Shown here piece by piece: positions 11,573 through 26,000 of a stretch of 64,000 nt of DNA; position 1 is the stretch's first letter, and each line of letters starts with the position of its first letter. The notes under the pieces were generated by a model that saw only the letters and a list, made by a program, of their open reading frames with translations, searched no databases and was not told the DNA's origin. The DNA comes from Eimeria praecox (lineage: Eukaryota), in NCBI GenBank assembly GCA_963920595.1, contig OY986950.1:4836001-4900000 (forward strand), given 5' to 3'. The translations under genes and the position numbers were made by a program.

Positions 11573-13719
11573 GATAAGGAGAGGGAGGAGAGTTGAGGAG
11601 GGCACCGCTATCTCCGAAGGATGGCATCATTGGTGCGGCTGGCATGCGTTTGCATGCATTTCTATAATTTTTGACAGTGAAGTCTATGCCAACGGCGTTC
11701 ATCAAGAACTGGTTCTTGCTAGTCAGGGACAGCCTAGGCTAGATACTTAAGGATTAAAGATGTTGTGTAAATTTGTTATTGAAGCGTTGTGTGGTTATGC
11801 TTTCGCCAGTGGGGCTGCAAAAGAGAAGAAAAATATGCACAAGAGAGAATTGGCCTCTGGGGGAATTTTATAGTTTTGTGTTTCACTGGAATGAAACAAC
11901 ACAATTTTGCACTAAGTATCAAGACTGTCAGCTGGAGAGCAGAGGGCATGCATGTTCCCTAGATAGGATCGCTGGGTTTATGATTGACAGAGAACTCAGG
12001 CATGCTGGGTAAGGCTAAAACGGCAGCGGTGAAGAGGCTACAGGCATCCTGCGTCTTTTTTGTTTGCTGCAAGGCAAATGAAACAGCCTTTTCGCGTGAC
12101 AGTGCAGACTACCTGGTGTTGGTGAAGCCCTACCCTGTGTGTTTTATGCTCCCCTGCGGTTGAAAACACTTTCATAGAAGGGTGCAAAGGGCAACAGAGG
12201 TCCAGGGTAGGCTAACTACTCATTTTGAAGAGGCGCACTCTCTGCCTACATGAAAACATCCGTTAAGGCTGTGTTCTACTAGTTCTAGGCGTTCACTGCA
12301 ATGCGTATTGCGAGTAGGCGGATGGCTACAGGAAAAGAACAGACAGTTTTTAAGGGTTGATTTGCAGCCTTGTTTGGCTTGGAGGTATCGGAATGCCAGG
12401 GGGGGTTATCATTTGGGTGCGGAAAACCCCGGAAAGGTTTTGAAAGGTGCTGTGCCGTGCTATGCTTCCAACTGTGCCGGGATGCAGGGCGAAGCTGCTC
12501 CAAAGTTTGTCGGAGTATAACTGAAAGTTGCTGAGGCGTTTGCACGTGCTTTCCGTGGACGTCCTACTTACAATGCGGATCTTATTTATGCTTAAAATGA
12601 TTAAAAGGGACCAATTAGCTTGCAACAACCGGGATGTATGCTCTGGTGCACTGAATCTGCGGGATGTTGAACGGTCGACGATAGATATTCAAACACGTAG
12701 CATACCCCAGTCGAATAGTTCTGTAGGGGTCTTGGTGCAGGGAATATTCTCATTTGGAATAAATAATACTGCACTGAGGCAGAAAAGCTGCGGTGTCTGC
12801 AATCAACCGCTACTGCTGAATCAACCAATGCCTGGGGGAACACTCTCGCGTGGTGCCCTGGCAAACAAGGCAGATGAAGACAACTGTGCTGGAGCGAACA
12901 TTGTGATGTCCCATCCGCTCTCCCGAAGGAGTGAAGAGATGAGATGATTAAATACGCCCGCCTTTTACTTCGTACATCAGGTTACGGTGCTAGTGTGCAA
13001 TCAAGCAACTTCGGTGGACCAGGATTACGAACACACGTTGACAGCAACATCCCAGGGTTGCTCGTTCACGCAGAATCGGATCCCTGATGGGTTATGCTGA
13101 TACCACCGCCAGCCGAAGTCCTACGGGAAACATACTGGCACTTGTGGCCACTGTAAACTGCACTCACAAAAACGTTTGGCGTGCTGGAGTGTGAAAGGTG
13201 GGGAGGAAAGCACAGCATATCAATTTGATGTGCAACAAATTGCTTTGCTGATACGGTTGTCTTGCCTGCTCGGCCAGAGGCTGGGCGTCCCAGTGAAAAT
13301 GCGCTTAGGAAATGAGATCCTCCGTTAGTAAATATGTAGAAGAGCTTGACAAGCACGGAAGTGGGGGTTTGTGTAGTCAAGTGGACGCACTGGCATGGAT
13401 TGCAGAGCTAGTGTGCATGCATTTTATGCTCATTTGTGCTCGATGGCAGAAGGTGAGTGATGCTACCTTTGGGAGAGGGATCCCCACAGCAACTGGGGTG
13501 AAGCGGCTTTGTTTAGTGGAATTTGCGGGGGGACACAACGCTGTTAGGAGGCTGTACGAGCGCTGGTAAGGCGCGTGTGCCTGGCAGCTTGTTTCGCACT
13601 CCCACAAGCTAGAGGAAATACTAATAAGGGATTAATATGGCGCAGCCAGCTCCATGTGTGCAAGGCACACAATAAAGGGGGCACCAAGGATAGCGCTGGA
13701 GTCCGTAACATGGTTACCA

Positions 13720-14010
13720 TGGGCGTACGGATGAAGGTGGGTGACATTAGGTTGCCTAATCTGGGCTGTTAGGATGAGCTTGCCCATTTGAATTAGCTAG
13801 CTTCGTTGTGCTCCTGCGGATGTATAACTTTGTCAGAAGCAGACAGTGCGTCCGACTGAACATTTCTTTGGGCGGTAGCGTAGCTCTATTGTGTATGTGG
13901 AGGGCTTTGAGATGGGTGGTGCTTTCAGGGTTGTTTGTGCGAGAGGAAGGGTGCACTGGGATGCATTGGAGCGCTTATCAGTGTGCATTGTTCTCTGCAT
14001 CAGTGTGGGT
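13720..14010 (+). repeat. Strongly decayed satellite monomer at the array border
   Basis: Collinear degenerate matches: tgaattagct~tgaattggct, cagaagcagacagtgcg~cagcagcaggcggtggg, ctattgtgtatgtgg~gtattgtgtatgtgg, gtgtgggttggtagaat. The left limit is approximate. Confidence 0.7.
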
Positions 14011-17000
14011 TGGTAGAATGTGAGAGTTGTTAGTATTCGCGGGTGTGTTAGTTTGCGTGTATGCTGGGATGTGGGTGTTAATGTTGCGGATTCGGGCGTT
14101 AAATGTGGGATGTGAAGATGGGCATGTGTGTGTTGAGTGGTTGACGTAGTTGTGGTTTTGGGGATGTGGCTTGTGCGCAGCGAGAGGCGGTGGGTCGCGC
14201 TTGAAGATATGTTTGGGGCTGGCATGGCTGTATTGTGTATGTGGATGGGTTTGGGATAGTTGGATGTTTGTGGGGCTGTTAGTGTGATATGAGGGTGGAT
14301 TTGGGATGTATTTTAGCGTTTTTGCGTGTGCGGATATTCTGTACATGTGTGCGAGTTGGTAGAATATGATAGTTGGTAGTGTTTGTGGGTGTTAGTTTGT
14401 GTGTATGCTGGGATGTGGGTGCTTTTGTTGCGGATTAGGGCGTTAAATATGGGATGTGAAAATGTACATGTGTGTGTGAATTGGCCGACACTGGTGTGAT
14501 GTTGGAGGTGGTGTGCGTTTACAGCAGCAGGCGGTGGGTCGCGCTTGAAGATATGTTTGGGGCTGGCATGGCTGTATTGTGTATGTGTATGGGTTTGGGA
14601 TGGTTGGATGTTTGTGGGGCTGTTAGTGTGATATGAGGGTGGGTTTGGGATGTATTTTAGCGTTTGTGCGTGTGCGCATATTCTGTACATGTGTGTGGGT
14701 TGGTAGAATACGATAGTTGGTAGTGTTTGTGGGGGTGTTAGTTTGTGTGTATGCTGGGATGTGGGTGTTTTTGTTGCGGATTAGGGCGTTAAATGTGGGA
14801 TGTGAAAATGGGCATGTGCGTGTGGAGTGGTTGACGTTGGTGTGGTTTTGGGGTGGTGGGCTTGTGCGCAGCGAGAGGCGGTGGGTCGGGCTTGAAGATA
14901 TGTTTGGGGCTGGCATGGCTGTATTGTGTATGTGGATGGGTTTGGGTTGGGTGGAATGTTTGTGGGGCTGCGAGTGTGATATGAGGGTGGATTTGGGATG
15001 TATTTTAGCGTTTGCGCGTGTGCGCATATTCTGTACATGTGTGCGAGTTGGTAGAATATGATAGTTGGTAGTGTTTGTGGGTGTGTTAGTTTGTGTGTAT
15101 GCTGGGATGTGGGTGTTTTTGTTGCGGATTCGGGCGTTAAATGTTGGATGTGAAAATGTGCATGTGCGTGTGGAGTGGTTGACGTTGGTGTGGTTTTGGG
15201 GATGTGGCTTGTGCGCAGCGAGAGGCGGTGGGTCGCGCTTGAAGATATGTTTGGGGCTGGCATGGCTGTATTGTGTATGTGGATGGGTTTGGGATGGGTG
15301 GAATGTTTGTGGGGCTGCTAGTGTGATATGAGGGTGGGTGTGGGATGTATTTTAGCGTTTGTGCGTGTGCGCATATTCTGTACATGTGTGCGAGTTGGTA
15401 GAATATGATAGTTGGTAGTGTTCGTGGGTGTGTTAGTTTGGGTGTATGCTGGGATGTGGGTGTTTTTGTTGCGGATTAGGGCGCTAAATGTGGGATGTGA
15501 AAATGGACATGTGCATGTGGAGGGGTTGACGCTGGTGTGATGTTGGAGGTGGTGTGCGTTTACAGCAGCAGGCGGTGGGTCGGGCTTGAAGATATGTTTG
15601 GGGCTGGCATGGTTGTATTGTGTATGTGGATGGGTTTGGGATGGTTGGATGTTTGTGGGGCTGTTAGTGTGATATGAGGGTGGGTTTGGGATGTATTTTA
15701 GCGTTTGTGCGTGTGCGCATATTCTGTACGTGTGTGTGGGTTGGTAGAATATGATAGTTGGTAGTGTTTGTGGGTGTGTTAGTTTGTGTGTATGCTGGGA
15801 TGTGGGTGTTTTTGTTGCGGATTCGGGCGTTAAATGTGGGATGTGAAAATGGACATGTGTGTGTGAATTGGCTGACACTGGTGTGATGTTGGAGGTGGTG
15901 TGCGTTTACAGCAGCAGGCGGTGGGTCGGGCTTGAAGATATGTTTGGGGCTGGCATGGTTGTATTGTGTATGTGTATGGGTTTGGGATGGTTGGATGTTT
16001 GAGGGGCTGCGAGTGTGATATGAGGGTGGGTTTGGGATGTATTTTAGCGTTTGTGCGTGTGCGCATATTCTGTACATGTGTGTGGGTTGGTAGAATATGA
16101 TAGTTGGTAGTGTTTGTGGGTGTGTTAGTTTGTGTGTATGCTGGGATGTGGGTGTTTTTGTTGCGGATTCGGGCGTTAAATGTGGGATGTGAAAATGTAC
16201 ATGTGCGTGTGAATTGGCTGACACTGGTGTGATGTTGGAGGTGGTGTGCGTTTACAGCAGCAGGCGGTGGGTCGGGCTTGAAGATATGTTTGGGGCTGGC
16301 ATGGTTGTATTGTGTATGTGGATGGGTTTGGGATGGTTGGATGTTTGTGGGGCTGTTAGTGTGATATGAGGGTGGGTTTGGGATGTATTTTAGCGTTTGT
16401 GCGTGTGCGCATATTCTGTACATGTGTGTGGGTTGGTAGAATACGATAGTTGGTAGTGTTTGTGGGTGTTAGTTTGTGTGTATGCTGGGATGTGGGTGTT
16501 TTTGTTGCGGATTAGGGCGTTAAATGTGGGATGTGAAAATGTGCATGTGCGTGTGGAGTGGTTGACGTTGGTGTGGTTTTGGGGTGGTGGGCTTGTGCGC
16601 AGCGAGAGGCGGTGGGTCGGGCTTGAAGATATGTTTGGGGCTGGCATGGCTGTATTGTGTATGTGGATGGGTTTGGGATGGGTGGAATGTTTGTGGGGCT
16701 GCGAGTGTGATATGAGGGTGGATTTGGGATGTATTTTAGCGTTTGCGCGTGTGCGCATATTCTGTACATGTGTGCGAGTTGGTAGAATATGATAGTTGGT
16801 AGTGTTTGTGGGTGTGTTAGTTTGTGTGTATGCTGGGATGTGGGTGTTTTTGTTGCGGATTCGGGCGTTAAATGTGGGATGTGAAAATGTACATGTGTGT
16901 GTGAATTGGCTGACACTGGTGTGATGTTGGAGGTGGTGTGCGTTTACAGCAGCAGGCGGTGGGTCGCGCTTGAAGATATGTTTGGGGCTGGCCTGGTTGT

Positions 17001-20000
17001 ATTGTGCATGTGGATGGGTGTGGGATGGGTGGAATGTTTGTGGGGCTGTTAGTGTGATATGAGGGTGGGTTTGGGATGTATTTTAGCGTTTGTGCGTGTG
17101 CGCATATTCTGTACATGTGTGTGGGTTGGTAGAATATGATAGTTGGTAGTGTTTGTGGGTGTGTTAGTTTGTGTGTATGCTGGGATGTGGGTGTTTTTGT
17201 TGCGGATTCGGGCGTTAAATGTGGGATGTGAAAATGTACATGTGTGTGTGAATTGGCTGACACTGGTGTGATGTTGGAGGTGGTGTGCGTTTACAGCAGC
17301 AGGCGGTGGGTCGGGCTTGAAGATATGTTTGGGGCTGGCATGGCTGTATTGTGTATGTGGATGGGTTTGGGATGGGTGGAATGTTTGTGGGGCTGCGAGT
17401 GTGATATGAGGGTGGATTTGGGATGTATTTTAGCGTTTGCGCGTGTGCGCATATTCTGTACATGTGTGCGAGTTGGTAGAATATGATAGTTGGTAGTGTT
17501 TGTGGGTGTTAGTTTGTGTGTATGATGGGATGTGGGTGTTTTTGTTGCGGATTCGGGCGTTAAATGTGGGATGTGAAAATGTGCATGTGCGTGTGGAGTG
17601 GTTGACGTTGGTGTGGTTTTGGGGTGGTGGGCTTGTGCGCAGCGAGAGGCGGTGGGTCGGGCTTGAAGATATGTTTGGGGCTGGCCTGGTTGTATTGTGC
17701 ATGTGGATGGGTGTGGGATGGTTGGATGTTTGTGGGGCTGTTAGTGTGATATGAGGGTGGGTTTGGGATGTATTTTAGCGTTTGTGCGTGTGCGCATATT
17801 CTGTACATGTGTGTGGGTTGGTAGAATATGATAGTTGGTAGTGTTTGTGGGTGTGTTAGTTTGTGTGTATGCTGGGATGTGGGTGTTTTTGTTGCGGATT
17901 CGGGCGTTAAATGTGGGATGTGAAAATGTACATGTGTGTGTGAATTGGCTGACACTGGTGTGATGTTGGAGGTGGTGTGCGTTTACAGCAGCAGGCGGTG
18001 GGTCGGGCTTGAAGATATGTTTGGGGCTGGCATGGTTGTATTGTGTATGTGTATGGGTTTGGGATGGCTGGATGTTTGAGGGGCTGTTAGTGTGATATGA
18101 GGGTGGGTTTGGGATGTATTTTAGCGTTTGTGCGTGTGCGCATATTCTGTACATGTGTGTGGGTTGGTAGAATACGATAGTTGGTAGTGTTTGTGGGTGT
18201 TAGTTTGTGTGTATGCTGGGATGTGGGTGTTTTTGTTGCGGATTCGGGCGTTAAATGTGGGATGTGAAAATGTGCATGTGCGTGTGGAGTGGTTGACGTT
18301 GGTGTGGTTTTGGGGTGGTGGGCTTGTGCGCAGCGAGAGGCGGTGGGTCGGGCTTGAAGATATGTTTGGGGCTGGCATGGCTGTATTGTGTATGTGGATG
18401 GGTTTGGGATGGTTGGATGTTTGTGGGGCTGTTAGTGTGATATGAGGGTGGGTTTGGGATGTATTTTAGCGTTTGTGCGTGTGCGCATATTCTGTACATG
18501 TGTGTGGGTTGGTAGAATACGATAGTTGGTAGTGTTTGTGGGTGTGTTAGTTTGTGTGTATGCTGGGATGTGGGTGTTTTTGTTGCGGATTCGGGCGTTA
18601 AATGTGGGATGTGAAAATGTACATGTGTGTGTGAATTGGCTGACACTGGTGTGATGTTGGAGGTGGTGTGCGTTTACAGCAGCAGGCGGTGGGTCGCGCT
18701 TGAAGATATGTTTGGGGCTGGCATGGTTGTATTGTGTATGTGTATGGGTTTGGGATGATTGGATGTTTGTGGGGCTGTTAGTGTGATATGAGGGTGGGTT
18801 TGGGATGTATTTTAGCGTTTGTGCGTGTGCGCATATTCTGTACATGTGTGTGGGTTGGTAGAATACGATAGTTGGTAGTGTTTGTGGGTGTTAGTTTGTG
18901 TGTATGATGGGATGTGGGTGTTTTTGTTGCGGATTAGGGCGTTAAATGTGGGATGTGAAAATGTGCATGTGCGTGTGGAGTGGTTGACGTTGGTGTGGTT
19001 TTGGGGTGGTGGGCTTGTGCGCAGCGAGAGGCGGTGGGTCGGGCTTGAAGATATGTTTGGGGCTGGCATGGCTGTATTGTGTATGTGGATGGGTTTGGGA
19101 TGGGTGGAATGTTTGTGGGGCTGCGAGTGTGATATGAGGGTGGATTTGGGATGCATTTTAGCGTTTGCGCGTGTGCGCATATTCTGTACATGTGTGCGAG
19201 TTGGTAGAATATGATAGATGGTAGTGTTTGTGGGTGTGTTAGTTTGTGTGTATGCTGGGATGTGGGTGTTTTTGTTGCGGATTCGGGCGTTAAATGTGGG
19301 ATGTGAAAATGGACATGTGTGTGTGAATTGGCTGACACTGGTGTGATGTTGGAGGTGGTGTGCGTTTACAGCAGCAGGCGGTGGGTCGCGCTTGAAGATA
19401 TGTTTGGGGCTGGCATGGTTGTATTGTGCATGTGTATGGGTTTGGGATGGTTGGATGTTTGAGGGGCTGCGAGTGTGATATGAGGGTGGGTTTGGGATGT
19501 ATTTTAGCGTTTGTGCGTGTGCGCATATTCTGTACATGTGTGTGGGTTGGTAGAATACGATAGTTGGTAGTGTTTGTGGGGGTGTTAGTTTGTGTGTATG
19601 CTGGGATGTGGGTGTTTTTGTTGCGGATTAGGGCGTTAAATGTGGGATGTGAAAATGTGCATGTGCGTGTGGAGTGGTTGACGTTGGTGTGGTTTTGGGG
19701 TGGTGGGCTTGTGCGCAGCGAGAGGCGGTGGGTCGGGCTTGAAGATATGTTTGGGGCTGGCATGGCTGTATTGTGTATGTGGATGGGTTTGGGATGGTTG
19801 GATGTTTGTGGGGCTGTTAGTGTGATATGAGGGTGGGTTTGGGATGTATTTTAGCGTTTGTGCGTGTGCGCATATTCTGTACATGTGTGTGGGTTGGTAG
19901 AATACGATAGTTGGTAGTGTTTGTGGGTGTTAGTTTGTGTGTATGCTGGGATGTGGGTGTTTTTGTTGCGGATTAGGGCGTTAAATGTGGGATGTGAAAA

Positions 20001-23000
20001 TGTACATGTGTGTGTGAATTGGCTGACACTGGTGTGATGTTGGAGGTGGTGTGCGTTTACAGCAGCAGGCGGTGGGTCGCGCTTGAAGATATGTTTGGGG
20101 CTGGCATGGTTGTATTGTGCATGTGTATGGGTTTGGGATGGTTGGATGTTTGAGGGGCTGCGAGTGTGATATGAGGGTGGGTTTGGGATGTATTTTAGCG
20201 TTTGTGCGTGTGCGCATATTCTGTACATGTGTGTGGGTTGGTAGAATACGATAGTTGGTAGTGTTTGTGGGTGTTAGTTTGTGTGTATGCTGGGATGTGG
20301 GTGTTTTTGTTGCGGATTAGGGCGTTAAATGTGGGATGTGAAAATGTGCATGTGCGTGTGGAGTGGTTGACGTTGGTGTGGTTTTGGGGTGGTGGGCTTG
20401 TGCGCAGCGAGAGGCGGTGGGTCGCGCTTGAAGATATGTTTGGGGCTGGCATGGTTGTATTGTGTATGTGGATGGGTTTGGGATGGGTGGAATGTTTGTG
20501 GGGCTGCGAGTGTGATATGAGGGTGGATTTGGGATGTATTTTAGCGTTTGCGCGTGTGCGCATATTCTGTACATGTGTGCGAGTTGGTAGAATATGATAG
20601 TTGGTAGTGTTTGTGGGTGTGTTAGTTTGTGTGTATGCTGGGATGTGGGTGTTTTTGTTGCGGATTCGGGCGTTAAATGTGGGATGTGAAAATGTACATG
20701 TGCGTGTGAATTGGCTGACACTGGTGTGATGTTGGAGGTGGTGTGCGTTTACAGCAGCAGGCGGTGGGTCGGGCTTGAAGATATGTTTGGGGCTGGCATG
20801 GTTGTATTGTGTATGTGGATGGGTTTGGGATGGTTGGATGTTTGTGGGGCTGTTAGTGTGATATGAGGGTGGGTTTGGGATGTATTTTAGCGTTTGTGCG
20901 TGTGCGCATATTCTGTACATGTGTGTGGGTTGGTAGAATACGATAGTTGGTAGTGTTTGTGGGTGTTAGTTTGTGTGTATGCTGGGATGTGGGTGTTTTT
21001 GTTGCGGATTAGGGCGTTAAATGTGGGATGTGAAAATGTGCATGTGCGTGTGGAGTGGTTGACGTTGGTGTGGTTTTGGGGTGGTGGGCTTGTGCGCAGC
21101 GAGAGGCGGTGGGTCGGGCTTGAAGATATGTTTGGGGCTGGCATGGCTGTATTGTGTATGTGGATGGGTTTGGGATGGGTGGAATGTTTGTGGGGCTGCG
21201 AGTGTGATATGAGGGTGGATTTGGGATGTATTTTAGCGTTTGTGCGTGTGCGCATATTCTGTACATGTGTGTGGGTTGGTAGAATACGATAGTTGGTAGT
21301 GTTTGTGGGTGTTAGTTTGTGTGTATGCTGGGATGTGGGTGTTTTTGTTGCGGATTAGGGCGTTAAATGTGGGATGTGAAAATGTACATGTGTGTGTGAA
21401 TTGGCTGACACTGGTGTGATGTTGGAGGTGGTGTGCGTTTACAGCAGCAGGCGGTGGGTCGCGCTTGAAGATATGTTTGGGGCTGGCATGGTTGTATTGT
21501 GCATGTGTATGGGTTTGGGATGGTTGGATGTTTGAGGGGCTGCGAGTGTGATATGAGGGTGGGTTTGGGATGTATTTTAGCGTTTGTGCGTGTGCGCATA
21601 TTCTGTACATGTGTGTGGGTTGGTAGAATACGATAGTTGGTAGTGTTTGTGGGTGTTAGTTTGTGTGTATGCTGGGATGTGGGTGTTTTTGTTGCGGATT
21701 AGGGCGTTAAATGTGGGATGTGAAAATGTGCATGTGCGTGTGGAGTGGTTGACGTTGGTGTGGTTTTGGGGTGGTGGGCTTGTGCGCAGCGAGAGGCGGT
21801 GGGTCGCGCTTGAAGATATGTTTGGGGCTGGCATGGTTGTATTGTGTATGTGGATGGGTTTGGGATGGGTGGAATGTTTGTGGGGCTGCGAGTGTGATAT
21901 GAGGGTGGATTTGGGATGTATTTTAGCGTTTGCGCGTGTGCGCATATTCTGTACATGTGTGCGAGTTGGTAGAATATGATAGATGGTAGTGTTTGTGGGT
22001 GTGTTAGTTTGTGTGTATGCTGGGATGTGGGTGTTTTTGTTGCGGATTCGGGCGTTAAATGTGGGATGTGAAAATGGACATGTGTGTGTGAATTGGCTGA
22101 CACTGGTGTGATGTTGGAGGTGGTGTGCGTTTACAGCAGCAGGCGGTGGGTCGGGCTTGAAGATATGTTTGGGGCTGGCATGGTTGTATTGTGTATGTGT
22201 ATGGGTTTGGGATGGTTGGATGTTTGAGGGGCTGCGAGTGTGATATGAGGGTGGATTTGGGATGTATTTTAGCGTTTGTGCGTGTGCGCATATTCTGTAC
22301 ATGTGTGTGGGTTGGTAGAATACGATAGTTGGTAGTGTTTGTGGGTGTTAGTTTGTGTGTATGCTGGGATGTGGGTGTTTTTGTTGCGGATTAGGGCGTT
22401 AAATGTGGGATGTGAAAATGTGCATGTGCGTGTGGAGTGGTTGACGTTGGTGTGGTTTTGGGGTGGTGGGCTTGTGCGCAGCGAGAGGCGGTGGGTCGCG
22501 CTTGAAGATATGTTTGGGGCTGGCATGGTTGTATTGTGTATGTGGATGGGTTTGGGATGGGTGGAATGTTTGTGGGGCTGCGAGTGTGATATGAGGGTGG
22601 ATTTGGGATGTATTTTAGCGTTTGCGCGTGTGCGCATATTCTGTACATGTGTGCGAGTTGGTAGAATATGATAGATGGTAGTGTTTGTGGGTGTGTTAGT
22701 TTGTGTGTATGCTGGGATGTGGGTGTTTTTGTTGCGGATTAGGGCGTTAAATGTGGGATGTGAAAATGTGCATGTGCGTGTGGAGTGGTTGACGTTGGTG
22801 TGGTTTTGGGGTGGTGGGCTTGTGCGCAGCGAGAGGCGGTGGGTCGCGCTTGAAGATATGTTTGGGGCTGGCATGGTTGTATTGTGTATGTGGATGGGTT
22901 TGGGATGGGTGGAATGTTTGTGGGGCTGCGAGTGTGATATGAGGGTGGATTTGGGATGTATTTTAGCGTTTGCGCGTGTGCGCATATTCTGTACATGTGT

Positions 23001-26000
23001 GCGAGTTGGTAGAATATGATAGATGGTAGTGTTTGTGGGTGTGTTAGTTTGTGTGTATGCTGGGATGTGGGTGTTTTTGTTGCGGATTCGGGCGTTAAAT
23101 GTGGGATGTGAAAATGTACATGTGTGTGTGAATTGGCTGACACTGGTGTGATGTTGGAGGTGGTGTGCGTTTACAGCAGCAGGCGGTGGGTCGCGCTTGA
23201 AGATATGTTTGGGGCTGGCATGGTTGTATTGTGTATGTGTATGGGTTTGGGATGGTTGGATGTTTGAGGGGCTGCGAGTGTGATATGAGGGTGGGTTTGG
23301 GATGTATTTTAGCGTTTGTGCGTGTGCGCATATTCTGTACATGTGTGTGGGTTGGTAGAATATGATAGTTGGTAGTGTTTGTGGGTGTGTTAGTTTGTGT
23401 GTATGCTGGGATGTGGGTGTTTTTGTTGCGGATTAGGGCGTTAAATGTGGGATGTGAAAATGTACATGTGTGTGTGAATTGGCTGACACTGGTGTGATGT
23501 TGGAGGTGGTGTGCGTTTACAGCAGCAGGCGGTGGGTCGCGCTTGAAGATATGTTTGGAGCTGGCATGGCTGTATTGTGTATGTGGATGGGTTTGGGATG
23601 GGTGGAATGTTTGTGGGGCTGCGAGTGTGATATGAGGGTGGGTTTGGGATGTATTTTAGCGTTTGCGCGTGTGCGCATATTCTGTACATGTGTGCGAGTT
23701 GGTAGAATATGATAGTTGGTAGTGTTTGTGGGTGTGTTAGTTTGTGTGTATGCTGGGATGTGGGTGTTTTTGTTGCGGATTCGGGCGTTAAATGTGGGAT
23801 GTGAAAATGGACATGTGTGTGTGAATTGGCTGACACTGGTGTGATGTTGGAGGTGGTGTGCGTTTACAGCAGCAGGCGGTGGGTCGCGCTTGAAGATATG
23901 TTTGGGGCTGGCATGGTTGTATTGTGTATGTGTATGGGTTTGGGATGGTTGGATGTTTGAGGGGCTGCGAGTGTGATATGAGGGTGGGTTTGGGATGTAT
24001 TTTAGCGTTTGTGCGTGTGCGCATATTCTGTACATGTGTGTGGGTTGGTAGAATATGATAGTTGGTAGTGTTTGTGGGTGTGTTAGTTTGTGTGTATGCT
24101 GGGATGTGGGTGTTTTTGTTGCGGATTAGGGCGTTAAATGTGGGATGTGAAAATGTACATGTGTGTGTGAATTGGCTGCCACTGGTGTGATGTTGGAGGT
24201 GGTGTGCGTTTACAGCAGCAGGCGGTGGGTCGCGCTTGAAGATATGTTTGGAGCTGGCATGGCTGTATTGTGTATGTGTATGGGTTTGGGATGGTTGGAT
24301 GTTTGTGGGGCTGTTAGTGTGATATGAGGGTGGGTTTGGGATGTATTTTAGCGTTTGTGCGTGTGCGCATATTCTGTACATGTGTGTGGGTTGGTAGAAT
24401 ACGATAGTTGGTAGTGTTTGTGGGTGTTAGTTTGTGTGTATGCTGGGATGTGGGTGTTTTTGTTGCGGATTCGGGCGTTAAATGTGGGATGTGAAAATGT
24501 GCATGTGCGTGTGGAGTGGTTGACGTTGGTGTGGTTTTGGGGTGGTGGGCTTGTGCGCAGCGAGAGGCGGTGGGTCGGGCTTGAAGATATGTTTGGGGCT
24601 GGCATGGCTGTATTGTGTATGTGGATGGGTTTGGGATGGGTGGAATGTTTGTGGGGCTGCGAGTGTGATATGAGGGTGGGTTTGGGATGTATTTTAGCGT
24701 TTGCGCGTGTGCGCATATTCTGTACATGCGTGCGAGTTGGTAGAATATGATAGTTGGTAGTGTTTGTGGGTGTGTTAGTTTGTGTGTATGCTGGGATGTG
24801 GGTGTTTTTGTTGCGGATTCGGGCGTTAAATGTGGGATGTGAAAATGGACATGTGTGTGTGAATTGGCTGACACTGGTGTGATGTTGGAGGTGGTGTGCG
24901 TTTACAGCAGCAGGCGGTGGGTCGCGCTTGAAGATATGTTTGGGGATCGCATGGTTGTATTGTGTATGTGGATGGGTTTGGGATGGTTGGATGTTTGAGG
25001 GGCTGCGAGTGTGATATGAGGGTGGGTTTGGGATGTATTTTAGCGTTTGTGCGTGTGCGCATATTCTGTACATGTGTGTGGGTTGGTAGAATATGATAGT
25101 TGGTAGTGTTTGTGGGTGTGTTAGTTTGTGTGTATGCTGGGATGTGGGTGTTTTTGTTGCGGATTCGGGCGTTAAATGTGGGATGTGAAAATGGACATGT
25201 GTGTGTGAATTGGCTGACACTGGTGTGATGTTGGAGGTGGTGTGCGTTTACAGCAGCAGGCGGTGGGTCGCGCTTGAAGATATGTTTGGGGCTGGCATGG
25301 TTGTATTGTGTATGTGTATGGGTTTGGGATGGTTGGATGTTTGAGGGGCTGCGAGTGTGATATGAGGGTGGGTTTGGGATGTATTTTAGCGTTTGTGCGT
25401 GTGCGCATATTCTGTACATGTGTGTGGGTTGGTAGAATATGATAGTTGGTAGTGTTTGTGGGTGTGTTAGTTTGTGTGTATGCTGGGATGTGGGTGTTTT
25501 TGTTGCGGATTAGGGCGTTAAATGTGGGATGTGAAAATGTACATGTGTGTGTGAATTGGCTGACACTGGTGTGATGTTGGAGGTGGTGTGCGTTTACAGC
25601 AGCAGGCGGTGGGTCGCGCTTGAAGATATGTTTGGAGCTGGCATGGCTGTATTGTGTATGTGTATGGGTTTGGGATGGTTGGATGTTTGTGGGGCTGTTA
25701 GTGTGATATGAGGGTGGGTTTGGGATGTATTTTAGCGTTTGTGCGTGTGCGCATATTCTGTACATGTGTGTGGGTTGGTAGAATACGATAGTTGGTAGTG
25801 TTTGTGGGTGTTAGTTTGTGTGTATGCTGGGATGTGGGTGTTTTTGTTGCGGATTCGGGCGTTAAATGTGGGATGTGAAAATGTGCATGTGCGTGTGGAG
25901 TGGTTGACGTTGGTGTGGTTTTGGGGTGGTGGGCTTGTGCGCAGCGAGAGGCGGTGGGTCGGGCTTGAAGATATGTTTGGGGCTGGCATGGTTGTATTGT

